Position numbers and translations under genes: made by a program. Source: a bacterium BMS3Bbin09 (GTDB lineage: Bacteria > Nitrospirota > Thermodesulfovibrionia > UBA6902). Taken from it: a DNA stretch of 64,000 nucleotides. The notes beneath the pieces are model-generated. The model saw nothing but the letters and a program-made list of their open reading frames with translations. It made no database searches and had not been told where the DNA came from. This document shows positions 48,547 to 58,758 of this stretch, one piece after another (position 1 is the stretch's first letter; the number at the start of each line of letters is the position of its first letter). The stretch lies in assembly GCA_002897915.1 (NCBI GenBank), contig BDTS01000055.1, positions 23,479 through 87,478 on the forward strand. The letters are read 5' to 3'.

Positions 48547-49912
48547 TTCTTATGCTCCTGATTATTTTTTCCATCAGCATTGATCGTGAACCTTTAATTA
48601 AAAGTGTATCGCCCTGTTTCAGAATATTCATGATCTCTTTCCCGGCCTCGTCAGCATCCCTGAAGGAAAAGACCTCTGGTGTCATTCCTGTTTTCATACT
48701 CTCCTCCACTGCCAGGCCCATCATTTCTCCTACAGCCACAAAAACATCCACATCTGCCTCCGAGAGCAGTCTGCCGATCTCCCTGTGAGCTTCTTCAGAA
48801 AAGTCCCGGAGTTCTTTCATATCACCGAGCGCGGCAACCACCCTGCCACCGGTCCCGGAGCCCATACGGACGAGCTCTTTTATCGACTCGGCCATTGATG
48901 TCGGATTCGCGTTGTAAGAGTCATTTATCATTGTAATACCGTTCTCCTTTATAACCTCGAACCTCATCGGGAACGCGCTGTAACCGTCAAGCGCGGCCTT
49001 TATCTCATCAATGGTCACACCGAGCGAAAAAGATACGGTAGCAGCAGCAAGCGCGTTGTATACATTAAAGAGTCCATGCACATTCAGGTTTATCGGGATA
49101 CTTCCCGCGTTTCCGAGCTCCAGCGTAAAGTCGGTACCGTTCTCAGTTGCCCTGATCTCACTGGCCCTGACATGGGACTCGTTCTCTATCCCGAAGGTTA
49201 TTATCTGCCCCTTAAAGGAGACCTCACGTATACCCTGCATTAACCTGTCGTCATCGGTATTAACAACCGCGACACCAAGTTCCCCGAGTATCTCGAGCTT
49301 CGCGGCCCTCAGCGTCTTATAACTGCCGAGTTCTCCGATATGAGCAGTGCCCACATTAGTGATCACGCCATGGCTCGGCACCGCAATTTCACAGAGCCTC
49401 TTTATCTCTCCTGAATGGTTCATCCCCATTTCAAGGACGATCATCTCATCCTCAGGTTCCAGCTTCATAAGGCTCAAAGGCAGACCGATATGGTTATTGA
49501 GGTTCCCTTGATTCTTCAGGGTCCTGAATCTTTTTGAGAGGACGGCATGGATCATCTCCTTGACCGTGGTCTTCCCGTTACTGCCCGTGATCGCTATTAC
49601 AGGAATACTGCGTCTCATCCTGATAAAATGCGCCAGGTCCTGCAGAGACTTAAGTGTATCTTCAACACAGACTATCGCCTTGCCTTCCGGCAGTTTTTCC
49701 GGCCTTATATCCACAACCGCGCCGCTTCCCTGCAAAAGCGCGTTATTGAGAAATTCATGCCCGTCAAACTTCTCGCCCCTTATGGCAAAGAAAATCTCAT
49801 TGTCCGAGATGCTGCGGGAATCGATCGAAACACCGCTGAAATCAACGGAACTATCAGAGAGAAGTTCTCCTCCAGTTGCCTCGATGATCTCTTCTATTGT
49901 CAGATTTGCCAT
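48536..49912 (-). CDS. murF: UDP-MurNAc-tripeptide--D-alanyl-D-alanine ligase
   Basis: Mur ligase (GSNGKTT) at the dcw position. Confidence 0.93.
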   Translation of the reverse strand: MANLTIEEIIEATGGELLSDSSVDFSGVSIDSRSISDNEIFFAIRGEKFDGHEFLNNALLQGSGAVVDIRPEKLPEGKAIVCVEDTLKSLQDLAHFIRMRRSIPVIAITGSNGKTTVKEMIHAVLSKRFRTLKNQGNLNNHIGLPLSLMKLEPEDEMIVLEMGMNHSGEIKRLCEIAVPSHGVITNVGTAHIGELGSYKTLRAAKLEILGELGVAVVNTDDDRLMQGIREVSFKGQIITFGIENESHVRASEIRATENGTDFTLELGNAGSIPINLNVHGLFNVYNALAAATVSFSLGVTIDEIKAALDGYSAFPMRFEVIKENGITMINDSYNANPTSMAESIKELVRMGSGTGGRVVAALGDMKELRDFSEEAHREIGRLLSEADVDVFVAVGEMMGLAVEESMKTGMTPEVFSFRDADEAGKEIMNILKQGDTLLIKGSRSMLMEKIIRSIRNVI

Positions 49913-49915
49913 GAT

Positions 49916-51415
49916 CTATTCTCCGTCTCCTGCGAGATGCTCCCTTATCACCTTCCTCAGTACTTCCTTGTCGCTGAAGTAGTATCTTTCGCCGTTAATC
50001 TCCTGGTAATCTTCATGCCCCTTGCCTGCCACAATAACGGTATCACCTTCATGCGCGATCGAGACAGCTTCCCTTATCGCGGTTTCCCTGTCAGGCTGTA
50101 CTGTATAATTTTCCTTTTTTATTCCCTTTAGCATATTTTTAATTATCTCCATCGGGTCCTCAGTACGCGGGTTGTCCGAAGTGATGAATACCAGATCACT
50201 CAGCTCAGAAGCAGCAAACCCCATCAAGGGCCTCTTGCTGCTGTCCCGGTCCCCGCCGCACCCGACCACTGTGATGACCCTGCCCTTTGTCATGAACCTC
50301 GCCTCATCTATAAGTTTCCTGAGTGCGTCCTCGGTATGGGCGTAATCGACTATGCAGAAAAAATCCTGACCCTCGTCCAGATTTTCGAAACGACCCTCCA
50401 CCGGTTCCGCGGCCCGGACACCCTTTTTGATCGTATCTTCATTGATCCCAAGCGCGTAAGCTATCCCGATGGATGCAAGGATGTTGTAGACATTAAATCG
50501 TCCCATTAGTTTTGAATCAACCCTGAAACCGCCATCAGGCGTCCTTACATCAAAAGAGAGACCTCCCGACAAAACAACGCTGTTGTCTGATATATTCTCC
50601 GCCCTTATCATCGCGTTACTCTTAATGCCGAATGTCACAACATCCCTTTTAATTTCCTGAGCGATCGGCCTTATCATAGGGTCGTCCATGTTCAGCACGA
50701 CCTTCCCGTCTTCTGCCAGGGAATCGAATATCCGTGTCTTGACTCTGAAGTACTCAGTCATCGTATTGTGAAAATCAAGATGGTCCTGGGTGAAATTGGT
50801 AAAAGCCGCCGCCTTGTATGTGCACCCCTTGACCCTGTCGAGTGAAAGGGCATGGGATGATACCTCAAGCACCGCGTATTCCATTTTATTCGTCACCATT
50901 TCGCTTAAATATCTCTGCAGATCAAGAGATTCAGGAGTGGTATTGACCGAAACCTCTGTCCTCTCTCCAGTCATACATGAGATCGTACCTATAAGGCCCG
51001 CCTTACTACCCCCGGCCTCAATAATACTTTTTGTAATAAAGCTCGTTGTCGTTTTTCCGTTCGTGCCGGTAATTCCGATAAGGGAGAGACTCTTTGAAGG
51101 ATGTCCGTAAAAAGCGGACGAAATGAGGGCCAGGGTTTTCCTGCTTTCAGGAACCTCAACGAATGAGGTACTGTTCAGATCAGCGTGTTGTTTCGCATCT
51201 GCTACTATCGCATTTTCCATAATTATTGCAGCAGCCCCCCGGCTTAATGCATCCTTTATATAATCATGGCCGTCCACCCTGAATCCCTTAACAGCCACAA
51301 AGATAAAATCCTTTTCAACTAATCTCGAATCATACGCAAGACCTTTAATTTCAATATTTAGAGGTCCGTCCGTTCTTCTTATATTGAGACCTTCTAAAAG
51401 TTCTAACGTGGTCAT
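49916..51415 (-). CDS. murE: UDP-MurNAc-L-Ala-D-Glu--2,6-diaminopimelate ligase
   Basis: Mur ligase (GTNGKTTT) with a DNPR motif (meso-DAP specificity) near the C-terminus. Confidence 0.93.
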   Translation of the reverse strand: MTTLELLEGLNIRRTDGPLNIEIKGLAYDSRLVEKDFIFVAVKGFRVDGHDYIKDALSRGAAAIIMENAIVADAKQHADLNSTSFVEVPESRKTLALISSAFYGHPSKSLSLIGITGTNGKTTTSFITKSIIEAGGSKAGLIGTISCMTGERTEVSVNTTPESLDLQRYLSEMVTNKMEYAVLEVSSHALSLDRVKGCTYKAAAFTNFTQDHLDFHNTMTEYFRVKTRIFDSLAEDGKVVLNMDDPMIRPIAQEIKRDVVTFGIKSNAMIRAENISDNSVVLSGGLSFDVRTPDGGFRVDSKLMGRFNVYNILASIGIAYALGINEDTIKKGVRAAEPVEGRFENLDEGQDFFCIVDYAHTEDALRKLIDEARFMTKGRVITVVGCGGDRDSSKRPLMGFAASELSDLVFITSDNPRTEDPMEIIKNMLKGIKKENYTVQPDRETAIREAVSIAHEGDTVIVAGKGHEDYQEINGERYYFSDKEVLRKVIREHLAGDGE

Positions 51416-51438
51416 TTAACCCGTTAAGGCGGTCCTCC

Positions 51439-53268
51439 CTATCTCGATCTGGTGACAAGATAAATTTTATTCGCATCTCTTTCCATAGGGACACCCAGAT
51501 ACGTAAAAGTATTTTCAACTATTTTCTTGAATACCGGGGCGGCAACCACCCCTCCGTATATTTGCTTCTGCGGCTCATAAATAACAACAATAAGCGCGAC
51601 CTTCGGGTCGTCCGCAGGCACGAAGCCCACAAAGGAACTCACATATTTAGTTCTGGAATAACGTCCTTTTTTGGGATCGAATATCTGGGCCGTGCCGGTC
51701 TTTCCGGCAACCAGGTTCCCTTTGATATAAGCCTTAGTCGCTGTACCCCCTTCTTCCACAACCATCTTCAGGATATTTTTGACAGTTTCAGCCGTTTCCC
51801 TCGAAACAACACGCCTCTCGACCTCGGGCGTGGTCCTCTTTATTACAGCCCCCGAAGGCGATATAATATCCGAGACAACATAAGGCTTCATCAATAACCC
51901 GCCGTTGGCGATCGCTGCGAATGCCCTTATGATCTGCATCGGAGTTGCTCCGATTTCCTGGCCTATCGACAACTCGGCCAGAGAAATGCCGGACCATTCA
52001 TCTGTCTCCCTCAGAATTCCGCTCGCTTCACCCGGGAAGTCTATTCCGGTCTTATCTCCGAAGCCGAACCTTTTCAGATAGTCATAATATTTCTCCTCAC
52101 CCAGTCTGAACCCGATCTTTACGGAACCGACATTCGACGACCTCTGGATCACTTCCGAAAAGTTAAGGATACCCATCTTATGAGCGTCATTGATCCTTTT
52201 ACCGCCTACCACGATATAACCCTTTGATACATCAAACATATCATCAAGCTTTACGACTTTCTCTTCGATCGCGGCTGCGGCAAGAACCAATTTCAATGTT
52301 GAACCGGGTTCGAAGATATCAGTGATAGCCCTGTTCCTCCTATCTCCCCAGAACTTCTCAAACTTTGCCCTGTTTCTTCTATTCGGCCCTTTAACGGAAA
52401 GGTTCGGGTCATAGGTAGGCCTGTTCGACATTGCCAGTATCTCACCTGTTGAAGGATCCATCATTATCGCAACAGCCGCCTTTGCCTTCCATTTCTCGAC
52501 CGCGTTTGCAAGTTCCCTCTCAACAATATGCTGAATACCTTCGTCTATGGTAAGCAAAAGATTATTACCCGAAACATTGTCATCAATCTCCCCCGAAAGG
52601 CTGTTACCCCGGGCATCGGTCGATACGGAAACGTTTATCCCCTTTCCTTTGAGGAACTCATCATAGTAAAGCTCAAGGCCGGAGATACCAATATTATCTA
52701 TATCGGTAAAGCCGAGTATATGCGACGCGGTATTCCCTTTTGGGTAAAAGCGTTTTGCTTCGGTCATCATGCCAAGCGCCTCAAACCCCGGTCCATCCAT
52801 CAGCTTGCGGACTTTACGGACTGCCTCAGGTTCCATTTTCCTGTCGACCCAGACAAATTTCTTCTTCCTTTTTTTGAGAAGTGTCCTGCTCAGATCCTTG
52901 TATGAGACCTTCACAAGCGGGGATACTTCGCGTGAGAAGCTTCTTGTATCTTTAATCAGCTTTGGCACCGCATATAGAGAATATGTATCAATATTGGTGG
53001 CCATCTCTTTCATGTTCCTGTCCCAGATCACACCCCTCTCGGGGTTTAATGTCTTCTTGAACTGGTACTGCTGTGCGGCCCTTCTGGAGAGTTTATCGTG
53101 GTCAAAGATCATCAGGTCCACCAACCGCCACGATATCACTACGAAGCAGAAAAGGATAACGGTAATGATGACCAATGCGCGCTTCCGACTTTTTTTGAGA
53201 TGCTCCTGGTGAGGGTTGTGATCAAAAAGCTTCAGGTTCTCGTCGTTCTGATTTCTTCTCTTCGTCAT
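51439..53268 (-). CDS. ftsI: Peptidoglycan D,D-transpeptidase FtsI (class B PBP)
   Basis: N-terminal TM, PBP dimerisation domain, and transpeptidase motifs (STLK, SSN, KTGT). Confidence 0.93.
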   Translation of the reverse strand: MTKRRNQNDENLKLFDHNPHQEHLKKSRKRALVIITVILFCFVVISWRLVDLMIFDHDKLSRRAAQQYQFKKTLNPERGVIWDRNMKEMATNIDTYSLYAVPKLIKDTRSFSREVSPLVKVSYKDLSRTLLKKRKKKFVWVDRKMEPEAVRKVRKLMDGPGFEALGMMTEAKRFYPKGNTASHILGFTDIDNIGISGLELYYDEFLKGKGINVSVSTDARGNSLSGEIDDNVSGNNLLLTIDEGIQHIVERELANAVEKWKAKAAVAIMMDPSTGEILAMSNRPTYDPNLSVKGPNRRNRAKFEKFWGDRRNRAITDIFEPGSTLKLVLAAAAIEEKVVKLDDMFDVSKGYIVVGGKRINDAHKMGILNFSEVIQRSSNVGSVKIGFRLGEEKYYDYLKRFGFGDKTGIDFPGEASGILRETDEWSGISLAELSIGQEIGATPMQIIRAFAAIANGGLLMKPYVVSDIISPSGAVIKRTTPEVERRVVSRETAETVKNILKMVVEEGGTATKAYIKGNLVAGKTGTAQIFDPKKGRYSRTKYVSSFVGFVPADDPKVALIVVIYEPQKQIYGGVVAAPVFKKIVENTFTYLGVPMERDANKIYLVTRSR

Positions 53269-53414
53269 AGAATCCTTATCAGGTCCTGACGCCCCCCGCC
53301 AAGTTGCCTGCTGGAAAGATTATGTCAATCTTAAGCCAACATAAAGCTTTACCTCTTTTTATTCCTCATCCCAGAATCTTATTAATTTCATTTAAGTCCA
53401 GTTGCAGCCGCTGA

Positions 53415-53771
53415 TCATCTTAAGCGATTGCCCGAAGAGTTATTGTTAGATACTTTGTAAGCCACTGCCGCGGCTGTCCTTTTGACAAAAAAGACATTTT
53501 CCCTTTCAGGCAGTGACATCCCGAGGCGTTTTATAGCGACATTTTCGATCTTCTCTGACGAATAATAACTCGCCCTCTGCGCAACCACTATTTTGCGGTT
53601 ATGGTAAAGATCTGCCCTCTGCGACTCCAGGTCTCCGAGCTCGTACTCAATATTGACAACAGAAGCCCGCAGCCAGACAATGGCAAACAAACAGAAAGCG
53701 AAATATATTACAAAGCTGACCTTTATGAGAGCCCCTCTTTTTTTGCGATTTTTCACCCTGATGTTACTCAT
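53415..53771 (-). CDS. ftsL: Cell division protein FtsL
   Basis: 118 aa, bitopic, with a coiled-coil after the TM, positioned between rsmH and ftsI. Confidence 0.7.
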   Translation of the reverse strand: MSNIRVKNRKKRGALIKVSFVIYFAFCLFAIVWLRASVVNIEYELGDLESQRADLYHNRKIVVAQRASYYSSEKIENVAIKRLGMSLPERENVFFVKRTAAAVAYKVSNNNSSGNRLR

Positions 53772-54643
53772 ATCTTCTCCGCCACCCTTAGTTTTGCACT
53801 TCTCGATGATGGGTTAAGCTTCTGCTCCTCCCTTTCAGGCACTATAGGTTTTTTTGTAATGATCCTGAACAACCCCTCTTTGGCAAGTTTTCTGAAAGCA
53901 TTCTTAACGATTCTGTCCTCAAGTGAATGATATGAGAGAACACAAAATCTCCCTTTTTCTTCAAGCAATTCCGCCCCTGAATCAACAGCTTTCGAGAGCT
54001 CGTCCAATTCGGAGTTCACCTTGATCCGAAGGGCCTGGAAGCTCCTGGTAGCCGGGTGGATCCTGCCCCTTCTGCCGACAGCCTTCTCGATTATAGTTGC
54101 GAGTTCCTTACAGGAGGTGATACGGTTCTTGCGGCGCGCAAAGACTATTGACTTGGCGATCCTCCGGCTGTACCTCTCCTCACCATATTGATAGATAATA
54201 TCCGCAAGGTCTTTTTCTTTATAACTGTTCACCACTTTTTCCGCGGTAAGATCGCTGCTCTGGTCCATTCTCATATCGAGCGGTTCATCCCTCATAAAGC
54301 TGAATCCCCTGCCTTCGGCCTTCAGGTGAAGCGTCGAAACCCCTGCGTCGAGTATGATACCGTTCACCTTTTCATAACCCAGGCTGTTCACAACGTCTTT
54401 CATATTGGAAAATCTATTCTTTATAAGGTGAACCTTCTCAAATCCCTTTAAACGCTCCCTGGCTATCTCGATGGCATTTTCATCCCTGTCTATACCAATT
54501 AATGTGCACCCTTGCGCACACTGGAGAATCCCTTCCGCGTGTCCCCCGAGGCCTAAAGTTGCATCAATATATATTCCTGAACTCTTCAATTCCAAAGCCG
54601 CCAAAACCTCCTCCAGCATTACCGGGACATGAATTACATCCAT
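53768..54643 (-). CDS. rsmH: 16S rRNA (cytosine1402-N4)-methyltransferase RsmH (MraW)
   Basis: SAM-binding motif (DATLGLGGH) of the MraW family. Confidence 0.95.
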   Translation of the reverse strand: MDVIHVPVMLEEVLAALELKSSGIYIDATLGLGGHAEGILQCAQGCTLIGIDRDENAIEIARERLKGFEKVHLIKNRFSNMKDVVNSLGYEKVNGIILDAGVSTLHLKAEGRGFSFMRDEPLDMRMDQSSDLTAEKVVNSYKEKDLADIIYQYGEERYSRRIAKSIVFARRKNRITSCKELATIIEKAVGRRGRIHPATRSFQALRIKVNSELDELSKAVDSGAELLEEKGRFCVLSYHSLEDRIVKNAFRKLAKEGLFRIITKKPIVPEREEQKLNPSSRSAKLRVAEKI

Positions 54644-55099
54644 TTACATGTCAAGTTTTGAAAACTCCTCCATCATTGCCTTTTTATTTATCTTCTGCGG
54701 GTCTACTATGTTGTCGCACTCGTTCCTGTCCCAGAGCTCTATCCTGTTGCCGAGCCCTATAACGACGATCTCGCTGTTCAGTCCGGCGCTTGACCTGAGC
54801 ACAGACGAAACTAATATCCTGCCCTGTTTGTCGATCTCACACTCCTGGGCAGACCCGATGACCCTGCGCATATAGTACTTCACCGCGTCAGACGTCTGCG
54901 GCTTGTCTTTCATTTTTTCGACCAGCCTGTTCCATTCATCGACAGGATAAGCGGACAAACACTTATCGAATACGTCGTTCGCCAGTATCAATTTTGAATT
55001 ATTGTGAGTGGACGAGAGAATTTCACGGAATGGGGCCGGGATGATCACTCTACCCTTTGGATCTAATGTGTTATAATATGTTCCGGAGAAACCTGGCAC
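54644..55099 (-). CDS. mraZ: Transcriptional regulator MraZ
   Basis: A 151-aa tandem DXXXR-type MraZ/SpoVT-AbrB fold (GTYYNTLDPKGRVIIP), first gene of the dcw cluster. Confidence 0.92.
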   Translation of the reverse strand: MPGFSGTYYNTLDPKGRVIIPAPFREILSSTHNNSKLILANDVFDKCLSAYPVDEWNRLVEKMKDKPQTSDAVKYYMRRVIGSAQECEIDKQGRILVSSVLRSSAGLNSEIVVIGLGNRIELWDRNECDNIVDPQKINKKAMMEEFSKLDM

Positions 55100-55127
55100 C
55101 TTACCTCCACTTTATGACATTATTTAA

Positions 55128-55151
55128 CCACTTTGCCCCACTTTTACCCAC
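55128..55151 (-). promoter_or_regulatory. MraZ-box-like operator: three GTGG(G)N direct repeats with 10-bp periodicity (minus strand aGTGGGtaaaaGTGGGGcaaaGTGGtt)
   Basis: It lies 29-52 bp upstream of the mraZ start and matches the known MraZ TGGGN repeat arrangement. Confidence 0.6.
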
Positions 55152-55305
55152 TGAGTATATTAATATTGTGAAATGCTTGTCAAGGGAAAAAAGCATTGTT
55201 TTTCTTAATTCCATATTTTGTGGCCTTATATGGCTATTGATACTACTTATAGTGGGTTATCAATACTGGTTGCATGAATAAATTCAATAATGTATCCTGA
55301 GAATA

Positions 55306-56181
55306 ATGATAGACCCTGTAGAAAGATTCCTGAATTACCTGACCGTGGAGAAAGGTCTCTCTCCAAATACACTGGATGCCTACAGGCGAGATATCCTCAA
55401 ATTCCGCGAATACCTTAAGGAAAATGGGAGAAAAATAACGAATTTCAAGAAAGATGACCTTGTATCCTTTATAGATAAGCTCCGCAACTCAGGGAACCAG
55501 GCATCGACCCTGGCACGCCATATCGCCTCTCTCAGGGGATTCTGCAAGTTCCTGCTCATAGAGGGGATCATCAAGGAAGACCCTATTGAGAACCTCTCTA
55601 CACCCAAAGGCTGGAAACGCATACCAAAGATCATAGGCATCGAAGAGGTCTCAATCCTGCTGAGCACACCCGGGGGCCAGAAACTTTCCCTGCGGGACAG
55701 GGCAATGCTTGCGACCATCTATTCTTCGGGCCTCAGGGCGAGCGAGGTCGTAAATATAAAAATGGGGGATATAAATTTTGAAGGCGGCTTCCTGAGAGTA
55801 AAGGGTAAGGGCTCGAAAGAACGGGTCGTGCCGATAAACGACGCAGCGATAGGAACTATCGTGAATTATATCGAAGAGTCAAGACCCCAAATATTGAAGA
55901 AAAGAACAAGCGAGTACCTCTTTCTTGCAAAAGGCGGTAAACCGATGACAAGACAGCGGCTCTGGCAGCTGATCAAAAAGTACTCGGCCGGGTTATCAAT
56001 AGAGATATCACCTCACACTCTCAGACACTGCTTTGCGAGCCATCTTCTGGACGGCGGTGCGGACCTGAGGGCCCTTCAAAAAATGCTCGGTCATACCGAT
56101 ATATCAACGACCCAGATATATACCAAGGTCACGCCTGAGAGACTCAGAAAGATCCACAAAGAGCATCACCCGCGGGGATAG
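55306..56181 (+). CDS. xerD: Tyrosine recombinase XerD
   Basis: The N-terminus has LSPNTLDAYRRD and the C-terminus has the R...HTLRH...LGHTDISTTQIYTKV catalytic motifs. It is divergent from mraZ. Confidence 0.75.
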   Translation: MIDPVERFLNYLTVEKGLSPNTLDAYRRDILKFREYLKENGRKITNFKKDDLVSFIDKLRNSGNQASTLARHIASLRGFCKFLLIEGIIKEDPIENLSTPKGWKRIPKIIGIEEVSILLSTPGGQKLSLRDRAMLATIYSSGLRASEVVNIKMGDINFEGGFLRVKGKGSKERVVPINDAAIGTIVNYIEESRPQILKKRTSEYLFLAKGGKPMTRQRLWQLIKKYSAGLSIEISPHTLRHCFASHLLDGGADLRALQKMLGHTDISTTQIYTKVTPERLRKIHKEHHPRG

Positions 56182-56289
56182 CGACAGACCGTCCCGCAGA
56201 CAATATCCCGCCACAAAAAACTTGTAAACAAAGCATTCCAAAGCTATAATGACAACATCTATACTTAGTTGCATACATAACGTGGGGGG

Positions 56290-58758
56290 TTGCATTTGCT
56301 AAGAGAACTCAAGGAAACAGAACTTAAGAACAGCTGTAAACATTCCGAATTACCGTTCAATACTACAGATGATATTTCCGCTTTAAAAGAGACCATCGGG
56401 CAGAAAAGGGCCTTAAGCGCCCTGGAGTTCGGACTGGACATAGACAGCCACGGGTTCAACATATATATTCTCGGTGAGAGTGGTACGGGCAAGATGACCA
56501 CCATCAAGAATATCCTGGAAGAAAAATCCAAAGAAGAACCGGTACCCAAGGACTGGTGCTACGTTTACAATTTTAAGGACAACGACAATCCCCACGCATT
56601 AAGCCTGCCGCCCGGAAAGGGCCTCTCATTCCAGAAGGACATGGATGAAATGATATCAGTCCTGCAGCAGGAGATACCCAAGATATTCGATTCCAAAGAA
56701 TATGAGAATCAGAAGACAAATATCCTCACGGACTTCCAGACAAAGCAGAAGGGACATTTCGCCTCACTTGAACATGAGGCAAAAGAAAAAGAATTCACGC
56801 TCAGGAAAACCGTCAGCGGACTTGTACTGGTCCCGCTAAAGAAAACTGGTGAGGCATTGAGCGAAGAAGAGTACGAAGCCCTTGAACCGAAAGTCAAGAA
56901 CAAGATAGAGATTATAGGGAAAGAGCTGCAGGAAAAGCTCGATGACGCGATAAGAATTGTTCGGGATGAAGAGAAAAAGATCAAGGAGATAATAAAGGAC
57001 CTCGAGCGTGAGGCTACATCTTCTTCTGTCAAACACAGGATCGAGGATATCAGGAAGACGTTCAAGGATGAGATCGATGTCTCCGCGTATCTTGATGAAG
57101 TAGAAGAAGACATCCTTAACAATCTGGACGACTTCAAGCTACAGGAAGAACAGGCATCCGCCCTGCAGTTTATGAAGCCGGCCAAGTCCGAACCCTCATT
57201 CAACAAGTATGCCGTAAATGTCTTTGTAAACAACCTGGACCGGAAAGGCGCGCCTGTCGTGATCGAGAGCAACCCGACCTATTACAATCTTTTCGGGAGG
57301 GTTGATCATAAATTGCAGTACGGCATGGCAATGACCGATTTCACCATGATAAAAGCCGGCGCTCTCCAGAGGGCGAACAACGGCTACCTGGTCATAGACG
57401 CTCTTGAACTCCTCAAAAATATTTTCGCCTATGACTCGCTCAAACGGACAATAAAGGACAAAGAAATAAAGATCGAGGATGTATGGGAACAGTACCGTCA
57501 GGTCTCGACCATTACGCTGAGACCGGAACCGATCCCGTTCAACGTAAAGATAATACTGGTCGGGAACCCGCAGCTATATTACCTGCTTTATAATATTGAC
57601 GAAGAATACAGGGAGCTCTTCAAGGTAAAGGCAGACTATGAGAACCGCATGAACAGGAACGAAGAGAACACCCTTAAGTACGCCAATTTTGTGCAGACCA
57701 AGTGCTCAGAGAAGGGTCTAAAGCCCTTTAATAAGGACGCGGTCGCGAAGGTAATCGAGTATGGCTCAAGACTCGCCGAACACCAGAACAAGCTCTCGGC
57801 CAAGTTCAGCGATATAGCGGACCTGTTGAGAGAGGCGGACTACTGGGCAAAAAAGAACGGTAACGGCATCATAACCGCCGAAGACATCGATAGGGCCCGG
57901 CAGGAAAGACTATACCGCGTAAACAAGGTGGAAAATAAGATACTCGAAGCAACGAAGGAAGGAACACTGCTCATCCGGACCGAAGGTGCCGTAACTGGAC
58001 AGATCAACGGGCTTGCAGTAATAGACCTCGGTGACCACAGATTCGGCACACCTTCAAGAATAACTGCGAGGACATACGCCGGCAAAGCTGGCATTGTAAA
58101 TATCGAGCGTGAGACCAAGATGAGCGGGAAGATCCACGAAAAGGCGATCATGACGCTCACCGCGTATCTCGGTGGAACGTATGCGAGGAAACAGTCCCTC
58201 AGCCTGACCGCTTCCATAACCTTTGAACAGCTTTACGGCATGATAGAAGGCGACAGCGCCACATGCGCGGAACTCTACGCGATCCTGAGCAGTATATCCG
58301 GCATCCCGATAAAGCAGTCCTTTGCAATAACAGGTTCAATGAACCAACATGGCGAGGTCCAGCCCATAGGCGGGGTCAATGAAAAGATAGAGGGTTTCTA
58401 TGAACTCTGCAAACAGAACGGGCTCAACGGGGACCACGGAGTTATAATACCGGAGCGCAACCTTATTAATCTGATGCTGAACAGCGAAGTGATAGAGGCC
58501 GTTGCTAAGAAAAAATTCAGGATATACTCTATTGATAATATAGAGGATGGGATAAAAATACTAACCGGCATGGCCCCCGGAAAATTGAAGGCTGATGGAA
58601 CGTATCCCAAAGGAACATTCAACTCAGCAGTGATGGAAGCATTAAAAGAGCTTTCTGACGCTCTGGGACCAGATAAAAATATTAACGACAATGGAAATGG
58701 GAAAAAGAGAGCCGATGACACTTCTTCTCAATGCGGTAAGAACAAGTGCAGTGAATAA
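56290..58758 (+). CDS. Lon-like ATP-dependent protease (COG1067-type: AAA+ domain + S16 Lon_C protease domain, no LonA N-domain)
   Basis: It has Walker A (ILGESGTGKMTT) and a C-terminal Ser-Lys dyad region (GDSATCAEL ... ITGSMNQHGEVQPIGGVNEKIEGF). It is 822 aa with a GTG/TTG-type start. Confidence 0.7.
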   Translation: MHLLRELKETELKNSCKHSELPFNTTDDISALKETIGQKRALSALEFGLDIDSHGFNIYILGESGTGKMTTIKNILEEKSKEEPVPKDWCYVYNFKDNDNPHALSLPPGKGLSFQKDMDEMISVLQQEIPKIFDSKEYENQKTNILTDFQTKQKGHFASLEHEAKEKEFTLRKTVSGLVLVPLKKTGEALSEEEYEALEPKVKNKIEIIGKELQEKLDDAIRIVRDEEKKIKEIIKDLEREATSSSVKHRIEDIRKTFKDEIDVSAYLDEVEEDILNNLDDFKLQEEQASALQFMKPAKSEPSFNKYAVNVFVNNLDRKGAPVVIESNPTYYNLFGRVDHKLQYGMAMTDFTMIKAGALQRANNGYLVIDALELLKNIFAYDSLKRTIKDKEIKIEDVWEQYRQVSTITLRPEPIPFNVKIILVGNPQLYYLLYNIDEEYRELFKVKADYENRMNRNEENTLKYANFVQTKCSEKGLKPFNKDAVAKVIEYGSRLAEHQNKLSAKFSDIADLLREADYWAKKNGNGIITAEDIDRARQERLYRVNKVENKILEATKEGTLLIRTEGAVTGQINGLAVIDLGDHRFGTPSRITARTYAGKAGIVNIERETKMSGKIHEKAIMTLTAYLGGTYARKQSLSLTASITFEQLYGMIEGDSATCAELYAILSSISGIPIKQSFAITGSMNQHGEVQPIGGVNEKIEGFYELCKQNGLNGDHGVIIPERNLINLMLNSEVIEAVAKKKFRIYSIDNIEDGIKILTGMAPGKLKADGTYPKGTFNSAVMEALKELSDALGPDKNINDNGNGKKRADDTSSQCGKNKCSE

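Noticed and set aside
55057-55281. 74-aa ORF in the mraZ-xerD intergenic region
   Set aside because: It overlaps the mraZ 5' end and the MraZ operator, and has a hydrophobic low-complexity composition. It is most likely a non-coding promoter region.
56290-58758. Possibility that the Lon-like protease is BREX BrxL, marking a phage-defence island
   Set aside because: No pglZ, pglX, brxA/B/C or other defence genes flank it. Its neighbours are xerD and LPS core genes. It is kept as a generic COG1067 Lon-like protease.
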